This document shows positions 54,482 to 64,000 of a DNA stretch of 64,000 bases, one piece after another. The first letter of the stretch is position 1; every line of letters begins with the position of its first letter. The notes beneath the pieces are model-generated. The model was not told the origin of the DNA. It saw only the letters and a list, made by a program, of their open reading frames with translations, and searched no databases. Source of the stretch: Octopus sinensis (Eukaryota); the NCBI RefSeq assembly GCF_006345805.1, contig NC_043010.1, positions 58,466,001 through 58,530,000 on the forward strand. The letters are read 5' to 3'. The translations under genes were made by a program, and so were the position numbers.

Positions 54482-56907
54482 CAATATTGTATTGGGTGGA
54501 CTCTTCTCCAGGGTACCCACGTTTGACCAATCAATCTGAGACTCATACTGCGGGTAGAAATCTTCCTTACATTCCACAAATGGCATGTTTCTATTATTCA
54601 TCTCAGAAGAGTACCTCACTGGGGTACCAGGAATACTGCTGCTCTGACACGGTAAAGGTTGATCAATTCTGTTACATATAGCTGACCTATTAACACCTTT
54701 CCTAGTGCTCTTGGCAGAGCGAGACTGACCACTGCTACATTTCACAATACACAGTGTGATCGACACTACAATCACCACAGATACTATTACAGCTGCTACT
54801 ACAAGGATAATCAATAATGGTACGTCCAGTGTTCTGTTCTTCTCTAAGTGGACAGTCGGCATCGGTGATGATGTCTTGTTAGTGACCCTTAATGACAAAG
54901 ACACAGTAGTTGTGGCCGACAACACTGGGCTTCCAGAATCCTTGACCACAAGCACCAGTTCGTATGAGCCAGCATCGTTGAGATGAGGTGCACGCGAGAA
55001 AGACATTTGACCAGTTAAAGAGTTGAGTGTAAACAAGCGTTTATTGTTACCGTCAAGTATTCCATATTTGAGGAACGCATTTAAATGACTGTCTCTGTCA
55101 GACGCTCTAATCACAGTGATGGCATTGGTACTTTGCGGGTGGTAGTGGACATTGATATGGAAAGGGTCAGTTGTAGGGTAGATGAAATACGGATTATTGT
55201 CGTTTCTGTCTAAAACCTCAACAACAACATTCGCTGTGTTATTCAACGACGGTTTACCATTGTCTTTGACAAAAACCTCAAACTTTACATGTCTTCTTCT
55301 TCTCTGTCCAATGGTATGTTGCTGGTAATAAAACCATAATCACTCACCTGGAACGGTATGTTATTTCTGTCTTTACTCAACAGTGAGAACGTCAGTTGAC
55401 CAGCACTTGCCAGGTCTGGGTCAGTGGCATTGATAAAACCTATAGGAAAGTTTGCTTTACCATTCTCATAGGTGAGGAAGTGGAATGTATCTTTGGTAAA
55501 TTGCGGTTGCACATCATTCACATCCATTACTTGGATTGAGATCTTTCTCTCCGTCTTTAAAGCAGGGCTTCCATTGTCTTCACACACAATTCTCATGTTA
55601 AAATGGTCTAATGTTTCTCTGTCAAGGGATTTCTTCAGAGTAATCTTGTATTCCTTTGATCCTAAATGTGAGAGGACAACTATATCATGTTCTAATTTAC
55701 AACTCACTTCTCCATTCGCTCCAACATCGTTGTCCACCACATTCACATAAGCTAGATAACTGCCCACTTTAGTTCCTTCATAAATAGCTGCAGTGTCCTT
55801 CTTCAATTCAGACACAAAATTGATTCCTATTTTGGGGGGATGGTTCTTTTCATTGAGAACATTCACCCGTACAATGGCAAAGGAATTTAAGGATGGATTC
55901 CCTCCATCTTTGGCCTCCACATACAATTCATAAATGCGATCTCTCTCTTTTGAGAAATTTTCTGTGATAAACAGTTTTCCGGAATGTTTTTTTAAAATAT
56001 AACATTTTTTAGCTTTGTCTGGTGTTTCTGAACTGAAATAATAAGACACTTTACCATTATTGCCAGAATCTGGGTCTTTTGCAGACAATGTCAAAATGGG
56101 GTTGTTGTTAGGATGTGTATTTTTGATGGAAATATTGTAAATATGTTTTGAAAAAACTGGTGAGTTATCGTTTACATCATTTATTTTAATATGAACATGT
56201 AGAATTCCTTGTTTTGAAGGTTGCCCTCCATCTTTAGCTATCACTTCTAGATTGTAACTATCTTGTATCTCTCTGTCTAGTTTGTCTCCAAGAACAATTC
56301 CTATCTTTGCTCTTCCTGTGATGGTTTTCCTCACAGACAATATAAATGGGTCGTTAAATTGTTTCTTCAATTTATATGTAATTTCTGAGTTTTCCATTCC
56401 AACATCTCTGTCAATGGCATCTGGAATTAATCTTTCGGCTCCTTCTCCATCATCTTCATCATACGTAACATTTATTTGTTTCTGAGGAAACTCAGGGCTG
56501 TGATCGTTAATGTCTTCTATAATTACTTTGACTTTCAGAATCTTCATAAAAGACTTGGCCTTGTTTACAGCTATTTTAATGTATTTGAAACATTGTTTCC
56601 TCGGTTTGCACAGAGACTCGGCATCAATTGTGTGTGCCGTGTACAATTTACCATCTTTAGTGACATTGAACAACTGGGAACTTTCCATCCATTCTTGCTG
56701 AAGTTGGTTATATGTTAGTAGATCTCTGTCTGTCAGAGATCCACTGTCACCAAGCATGGCATCAGCAGCAACATCTCCAATAAATGTTTGGGGACTACTT
56801 TCTTCGTCGACATGGTACTCGAGGTCAATTGAAATGCAGGAGTGTAGTAATGCAACCAAAATATTTATTTGAATGATCAACTGTCGACCTGGCGTTCCTC
56901 CTTCCAT
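54482..56907 (-). pseudogene. Pcdh: Protocadherin unit A large exon with a 1-bp deletion at 55285/55286 (true pseudogene allele or assembly error); 816 aa if repaired
   Basis: ATG at 56907 (MEGGTPGRQLIIQINILVALLHSCIS; the ORF-track start at 56988 is TTG). ATG TAT AAG of unit B reads ATG TAA AG here, giving a stop in EC5. The remainder (54482-55284) continues in the shifted frame to donor TTG|GTAAGT at 54481. Confidence 0.92.
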
Positions 56908-57059
56908 CACTTTGCTTAGTACAACACTGAGACATGTAATTCCATATATGGTAACTGGAACAAAAGGAACAGCAGTGGTCTCTCCCAAAATGATGATATT
57001 GAAGGCATAATGTTGAAAGGTATTAGGTATAATAAAGTGGGAAGAATAATAGATACCAA

Positions 57060-57103
57060 GTGGACATTAAGTGGACATCAGGTAGACATCATGTAGACAT
57101 CAG
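57060..57103 (-). repeat. 11-bp x4 tandem repeat upstream of the unit A start codon
   Basis: GTGGACATTAA GTGGACATCAG GTAGACATCAT GTAGACATCAG on the + strand, immediately inside the acceptor ttttccttttcttgcAG (57110-57111). Confidence 0.9.
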
Positions 57104-57312
57104 ATTGATCTGCAAGAAAAGGAAAAAGCTTGACATTAAAATTACCTGCCACGTTAGCCATTGTTAGTTCACATTAGTAGTCATCATACAGGGAAGTCTA
57201 TGGACCCCCTACACATATTTATTTACCTTCAACTGTACATATGTGTGTGTGTTTGTGTGTGTATGCATGTGTGTGTATACATATATATATATATATACAT
57301 ACATATTTATAT

Positions 57313-57343
<31 letters not shown>

Positions 57344-57429
57344 CACATATATATACATATCTCTATATATATAATGTGTGTGTGTCCAAGATATAAAAGT
57401 TTTGTTGTAATATATATAAAGTAACTATA

Positions 57430-58380
57430 GATTACCCCACTAAGCACCCTAACAATAGACTCCCTGTCCTTGATACTGAACTTTGGTTAGAGACTGTGTA
57501 CAACAGAGTGCAGCTCTTCCACTCCTATTACATGAAATCCATAGCTTCTAAATATGTTGTCCACTGGAACTCAGCTTTGTCACACAGCATGAAAATCAAA
57601 ATGCTGATAGTAGATTTAGTTAAGATAATGAACCATGTGTCCCCACTATGCAAACCCTATGAAACAGAGAAACATGTACAGAACTTCATGCACTGCATGC
57701 AATTCTCTGGATATGACCAGAACGATAGGATTCGGGTATACAGGGGAGCTAGAAAGAAGTTAGATAGCATTATATGTAATAAACCAGTGGTACCCACCCT
57801 AGATATAGAAGTAAAAACAGGAATAAGATACAAAAAGTTTGTGACAAAGCAAACAGGGTGAACATGGGGTACAAGACTGACAAATATCAAGGAGCAATGT
57901 TCATAGAGGCCACAGCCCATGGAGAACTAGCTCAAAGATTTAGGAAAGCTCTGAAGGAAACCAAACTCAACATTAAGATCATTGATGAACCAGGAAGCTC
58001 CATCAGATCACAACTATGTAGGATGTACCCTTTTCAGAATGCCACATGATAACTGCATGGTATGTAAGACTAACCCTGGCATTAACTGCAGAACTAGAAA
58101 TGTAGTTTACAGCATAAGGTGCATAGAGGGTGCTTGTAAAGACAAGAACATGATATACATTGGTGAGACATCTAGAAGCATTGTGGAGAGACTAAATGAA
58201 CATTAGAGACAATATGATGACAAAAAACAGTCCTCCATATGCTACCAGCATACTAAAGACCAACATGGAGGCACACTGGGTCAACTTGACATCTGTACTT
58301 TATCCAAAAACCCAAAGGAGCCAACACCTGGACAAATACAGGGTACGTCCTCATAAATGAAACATCCTCAATACCCACAA
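57430..58380 (+). mobile_element. Penelope-like element remnant, second family (RT C-terminus plus GIY-YIG)
   Basis: DYPTKHPNNRLPVLDTELW; YMKSIASKYVVHWNSA; MQFSGY; CRTRNVVYSIRC...IYIGETSRSIVERLNEH; frameshifted. Confidence 0.8.
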
Positions 58381-59456
58381 TTTATATATACACAAGTTGA
58401 GTTATTAGTAGGCTAAGAAGGTAAATGGATATGCAAATAAACAGATAGATAAGTAGATAGGTATATAGGTAAGATGGACAGACAAACACACATATATACA
58501 CAAATGAAGCCTGAAACACATGACTACAGTTTTGTATTGTTTTCTTACACTGTATATATAGGACTACTTTATCCAATGTGACCTTCCTATTTAAGAAAGT
58601 AGAGTGTATGTTAGGGGGACTTAGTCACTATTTCTTGCCAGCTGACCAACCAGTTAGAGGTTTCCCACTTTAGCTTGTCCTCATTATGGCTGTTTTTGTT
58701 GATCATCACCATCATCACAACTGCCACAAGCTAACAACAACGACAATACCCCTACCACACCCACCACTATGAACTATATGTCTGCGGGTTGGATGGGTCA
58801 TCATTGCCCAAAGAAGTTCATATGAAGAGTTCCAACCCTCCTAGATGGCTTAGTGGAGCATGACTTGCTGTTAGGTCCCCTGTTTGCATGTTTTTTTGTT
58901 TTTTTTTACATCTTGTTGCCCTATGGAATGTATTGGATGACTTTTATCATGGTATCAGCGCTTGTCATGTTACCACATCCATGACAAGACTAAAGAAATC
59001 CCTCAACCCTACGTCAACTCCTGTCACTTGCCAGCCCTGTTACAGAGTATACTGAGAGTATTTTACTGTGGCCCCAGCAACAGAGGGGTTGTTTGTTCCC
59101 AGGAAACCTAAAGAGTCACCTCTACCCTAGAATGTTGTCACATTGTCGGCAAACAGAAGACAGCATAATGACAAGGGACCAGGGTGAGAGGCTGACAGGA
59201 GACTACAGTGCTACACACATTAGAAAATACTTCATCATATGGCTGGAAGGTTTCTTGGAGAATGGTCCCTGAAGCAGTGTTTGATTCACAGCTTACTGAA
59301 GGAATTGTCTTCTGGAGAGATGGGCAGTTGGTCAAAGACGACAGAAACAGATAAACTAAGATAAAACTTAGATATGTTTCGACCAAAGATTGGTCCAGGC
59401 CATGTCTAACTTAATAGCACCACCTGATAAACAGTAACATAGGAATAAATTCGCGC

Positions 59457-59500
<44 letters not shown>

Positions 59501-59968
59501 TGTGTGTGGTGTGTGGTGTGTGCATGCACATTCATCCATAAATATATCTATGAATATATTCATCCATCTTAAAGACACAAGACCAAATCGTTTTATGATG
59601 AGAAAGATGCAACCAAGTTATTATCATTGGGCCATCAAAGATTCACTTTAATCAGATGAAATTATGAAGTTTAGAAGAAATACAGAACCTTAAATACATC
59701 TTTCTGAGTTTTTGTTGTTATAAAATATGGTGGAAAATGCAGAAGGAGAGAGAATGAGTTTTACTGTTTCTAACATGGCTGCCTTCATTTTTGTTGGTGA
59801 CAGCAGAGATTAATAACCACAAGGGAAAGTTTAGTGTTTCTGTCACAACGTTTACAAAATAACTAGAGTAAAATGATACACACACACACACAAACATATA
59901 TATATGTGCATACATATCCATAGACATATATATATATGTGTGTGTGTGTATACACACACAGTATTATC

Positions 59969-60001
<33 letters not shown>

Positions 60002-60343
60002 ATCATCATCATCATTTTAAGACCTATTTTTCCATGCTTGTATGGGTAACATAGGAAAACTATATGTTAAATAAATGATTATAATAATGTATATCTATAT
60101 ATTCATATATATGTGTGTGTTTTTATGTCTATATGTGCATATACATATGTATGTAAGTGAGTATGTCTACATTTTTTTCATTTTTGTCAGAAATAAAAGT
60201 GTTAAACATACCTATTTCTATGAAGGGAATACATACATACATATATATATATGTGTGTGTATATACATATATATATATATTATATATATATATATATATA
60301 TACATACATGAATCATATATAAAATATATATGAGCCAATTCTT

Positions 60344-60727
60344 ATCAAAGAGCCACCACAACTATGGCTGCTCTGTGTATATATTTCACCGTAGTCTTCA
60401 TCTATGTTTTTAACATTGATTTCAATACAATTACAACACTTCATCTGCACATTGAGAGATGTTATCATTAATAAGAATAACAACAATGATAATAATGATA
60501 ATCACTGAAATATCTCACTGAACCAAGCAGAAATATTCCTCCGTGATTGAATATTACAATAATTACAGATATTTGATATTAATTTGCATTATTAGAAATG
60601 AAACAATAGTTGAGGTAGGTGTTTGTCAGTGATGTAAGGGTCCTTTATAACGGTATCTTAGCATTTTCTCCCATCACAACATTTCATGAAATATGTGCAA
60701 CTGCCTATCTTTCTGTATATTTATATA
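60344..60727. repeat. 384-bp segment duplicated at 35541-35924 (intron 1 of unit A)
   Basis: 2 mismatches versus the unit B copy. Confidence 0.95.
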
Positions 60728-60794
60728 TTTGTCGGACAATAATGTGTTTCTAGGAAACGAAAATGTGAATAATCCAAGATGGGTGTAGACTTAC

Positions 60795-60943
60795 TTTTAT
60801 TGCCTGATCCATAATCTGGAGCTGTTGGCAGCTGAGTGTGACAGTCTGGGGAAATGTGTAGCAGGTTGTAAAAAAAGTGTGTTGCAGTTGTTGATAATGC
60901 GTGTGGTCGTGGCTGCTGCTGCTGTTGCAGTCTGCTGCAGTCA
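60795..60943 (-). promoter_or_regulatory. Leader exon end of Pcdh unit A: cagatt ATG GAT CAG GCA ATA AAA | GTAAGTCTA, with CTGCTGCAGTCA motif
   Basis: ATG at 60812, donor at 60794-60789, motif at 60932-60943. Confidence 0.7.
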
Positions 60944-61975
60944 CACACACCCAGATCATTATGGGTGGGACTACAGGCATTATGTTGTTACTACATACAG
61001 GAACCAAACTTGCTCAAATTTCAGCATAGTTTAATTATTTGTATTGTGTGTGTAGAATATATAAACATATGATGTATATTATTTATACACATATGTGATA
61101 TTGTTTGTGTGTGTATAAATTTGTTCTAGTATTTGAGTAAATGGTGTGTGTGTGTAGATTATATATACATTAAAGTATGCAAGTAAAATGTTTATATATA
61201 TTCTGTCTTTGTGTAAAATGCATATATTGCAATGTGTATGTGTGTGTGGTGTGTGAAATGTGTATTTCCAATGTGTTGGGATTTGTGTATCTATATATAT
61301 ATGTGTGTGTGTGTGTATTTAAATGTGAGTGTAGAATGTGCAGATACAAGTATGTGTGTGTGTAAAGTGTCTATATCAATATCAAGGTATGGGTCTTGCA
61401 GTAAAATGTGCCAGGAATATTTCAAAGATTGGTGAAATGTAATTCCTTAAATCATTTTTTTTAGAGTCTCTAAGTTTTTAACTTATATCAATAATATCTT
61501 ACAAAGTTATGTGAAGTTGTCTGGGAAGTAGTGGCTTTCATACAATGCTAGTAGCATTTAGGGCTTAAGTAAAAAAGAAGAAATCTTGTTATTTGAACCT
61601 GGGTCCCTAACTGTTTCTATGTCTCTATGGGTGTACATCATGTGGTAGACCACTGCAACTTCACATGCATATCAAAGATATCTCCCTACATGATATGGAT
61701 TTATGGTGTTCCCACATTCACTATATGTTGGAGACTCTTCCACACCATGTGGAACTATTGCATACAGACCTCAGCAAATGATAGAGACCTATTCTGGAGA
61801 TCTACCACATGTTGGAAATGTACAGTAGGAAGATCTTTCCCATGTGGTGAATGTATGTTGAAGAAGTTTTACTGCATGTAGCAAACGACCATGTGGAGTT
61901 ATAAACATCATTAAACAATAAACCTAACTTAGCATAACACTTAAACTGATATTTTCAAACAAATATGTTGAGTGA

Positions 61976-62071
61976 TACCATGGAGTGATGCCACCATGGA
62001 GTGACAACACCATGGAGTGATGACACTATGGAGTGACGACACCATAGGGAGATGACACCATGGAGTGATGA
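61976..62071. repeat. 16-bp x6 minisatellite (caccatggagtgatga)
   Basis: Direct inspection; lies between the unit 0 stop codon and the unit A leader. Confidence 0.9.
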
Positions 62072-62619
62072 AGTGATAGGTGTTTAGAAGTCTACTGAGT
62101 GTTGTGATACTACATGAAGACTTAGGGAAGAAGAGTGGTGTGTCTTGTTGAAGGACTGAGAGTAACTGCTGGAGATTGCTGTTGTTTAGCCCTAGGTTAA
62201 ACCTGACTGAGGAGACCTATGCTCTAAGATATTCCACCGATGACCATACCATCATTCTATGGGTATCTAGGATTACATTTTCAAATGTGACATTCCTTGT
62301 TTGAAATGCTAGGGTATAATTTGAGGGAGATTTGTTCTGTAAACCCGTGTATCTGTAGTAGTAGTTGTGGTGGTGGTGGTGGTGGTGGTGGTAGTGGTGG
62401 TGGTGGTGGTGGTAGTGGTGGTGGTGGAGAGATGTTGCAGTTGTTAACGTTGTTATAATGGTTGTTGGGTGAAGTGTTGAGTAGCTGTAAAGAGTGTGAC
62501 TATTTGAGATATGTTGTTGTTGTTGTTGTGACTATATCCAGTAGCGAAATGATGTTGTTGCAATTGTATCCAGGGGTTAAATGGCTGTTGTTGTGACTGT
62601 ATTCCATGTAGAGTGACAT

Positions 62620-62643
62620 CTACTTTTTAATTCGAGTTGGTAA
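62620..62643 (-). CDS. Pcdh: Terminal coding micro-exon (LPTRIKK*) of an upstream Pcdh (unit 0) whose large exon presumably lies beyond the window end
   Basis: Acceptor ctttacttctttttcAG (62644-62645); TTA CCA ACT CGA ATT AAA AAG TAG ATGTCAC. Confidence 0.75.
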   Translation of the reverse strand, partial: LPTRIKK

Positions 62644-63165
62644 CTGAAAAAGAAGTAAAGAAACTGATCAGTCATTGATTGATATTTTAGGAATAATATT
62701 GATTATTGATTTCAAATATTTAGCCCAAGGCTAGCAATTTCAATGCATTGACTGGTTTAAAAAATCCACATCAGACGCCATGACGGATCTAAGGTGCAGG
62801 TACAAGAGGTGGTCAAACTCTGCATAAGGAGTAGACAACCACCATATATAACTATATAGATATATATATGTGTGTGTGTGTGTGCGCATGCGTATAGGTA
62901 GACTATATGATGCTTGTGTGTGAATGGCTATACTCCATGGTAGTGAGACATGAGCTCTGCATGCAGAAGACAATCGTAGACTGGAGAGAAATGAAGGTAG
63001 TATGCTCTGTGTATGTGCACATGTCTGACAAAGTGCAAATGTACTGAGTGAAAAGTTGGGACTCACAGAGGACTGAGATGTCTGGCAATATGAAGTTCTA
63101 GAGAAGACTCGCCCATGTCAGCGAAACTGGGTTCTAGAAGTGCTGTTTGTCCCACACTTCACAAA

Positions 63166-63770
63166 AAAACTTCTCACACACCCTACCACAAGAAACCAAA
63201 CTACATCTCTACGCTTCCCCACATTTCCATTTCATGCTCTATGCTTACCTCCCACTCCCTAATCATGTCCTCTTGGCCCTGTTCCACTATATCATTCCTC
63301 TACGCTTGCCTCCAATTTGTGTGTTCCACATGCTCAATCTCACTGTATTATTGCTCTCCACTAGCCCCTGACCTGTGCTCAACCCACACCTAACTAGAAA
63401 ACTTCTCACATACCCTACCACAACAAACCAAACTACATCTCTCCTCTCCCTCACATTTCCACTTCATGCTCTATGCTTACCTCTCACTCCTCAATCCTGT
63501 CCTCTTGGCCCTGATCCACTATATCATTGTTCTCTGCTAGCCCCTGATTTGTGTGTTCCACCCACACACCATGCCTCACTGTATCTCCACGAGCCCCTGA
63601 CCTGTGTTCCACCCACACGTAACAAGAAAACTTTTCACACACCCTATCCCAACAAATCAATCTACATCTCTTCTCTTCCTCACATTTCCTCCTTCTTACA
63701 CTGTGCCTGCCTCTCACTCCCCAATCCTGTCCTCATGGCCATGTTTTTCTGTATTATTGCTATCCGGTAG
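63166..63770. repeat. About 230-bp diverged tandem repeat, 3 copies
   Basis: aaaacttctcacacaccctaccac...ctacatctct...cctcttggccc recurs at about 63166, 63398 and 63628. Confidence 0.8.
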
Positions 63771-64000
63771 CCCACCCCACCACTCTATATATACTCAGGT
63801 TCTCACCACCCACTTCTCCCTCCTCTGCACTCTCCAATCATGCTCCTTTCACAATATCCTGCCACTTATATTATGACATTCGAACCTCAAGGGTCTGCCC
63901 TGACACTTGCAGCCATCTGTATCTCTCTCTTCCTTCACTCAACCATCCATTTATATTCTGATCCCTCTCCTTTGTGAGTGTGCCCAGCATTTTGCCACCA

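Noticed and set aside
56908-56988. N-terminal extension MGETTAV... of unit A in the ORF track
   Set aside because: It starts at TTG. The ATG at 56907 is followed by a normal signal peptide.
57110-57145. CAG|GTAAT donor 36 nt upstream of the unit A acceptor
   Set aside because: A 36-nt intron is too short for typical animal splicing; probably coincidental.
12662-62643. Vertebrate-style shared constant exons for the cluster
   Set aside because: Each unit has its own terminal exon between its large exon and the next leader, so no single shared constant region is needed to explain the window.
184-63876. Dozens of ORFs rich in IYIYIY, HTHTHT or CVCVCV
   Set aside because: They are translations of (TA)n/(CA)n microsatellites and SINE bodies, which lack stops in some frames.

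Overview
AT-rich, microsatellite- and SINE-laden animal DNA. The repeat families and gene content point to an octopus or other coleoid cephalopod (inference). The window holds part of a head-to-tail, minus-strand protocadherin (Pcdh) tandem cluster. The ORF track shows only the large exons, but reading both strands reveals a repeated three-exon unit: (1) a leader exon ending in a 6-codon ATG-GAT... (MDxxxx) reading frame at a phase-0 GT donor, 80-160 bp downstream of a shared CTGCTGCAGTC motif (as read on the + strand); (2) one large exon encoding signal peptide, 6 cadherin repeats, TM and most of the tail; (3) a 24-nt terminal coding exon for LPTRIK[K/R]-stop. Unit 0 contributes only its terminal exon (62620-62643). 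Unit A (leader 60795, large exon 54482-56907, terminal exon 37493-37516) has a 1-bp deletion in EC5. Unit B (leader 36214, large exon 25362-27782, terminal exon 21847-21870) is intact, 814 aa. Unit C (leader 17748, exon 13681-14550, probable terminal exon 12662-12712) lacks essentially the whole ectodomain. A and B are near-identical over a 2.2-kb tract confined to the exon but differ in the signal peptide and N-terminal half of EC1, which suggests gene conversion. Both have a degenerate EC3-EC4 Ca2+ site. The rest is TE debris: a young RTE LINE with a PHD finger inside its RT, a CR1-type LINE, three Penelope-like remnants (one with a hammerhead-ribozyme motif), Tc1/mariner fragments, MITEs, a Helitron-like element, and many SINEs and simple repeats. 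All splice models are inferred from sequence alone. Single-base deletions and the unit C deletion could be assembly errors.
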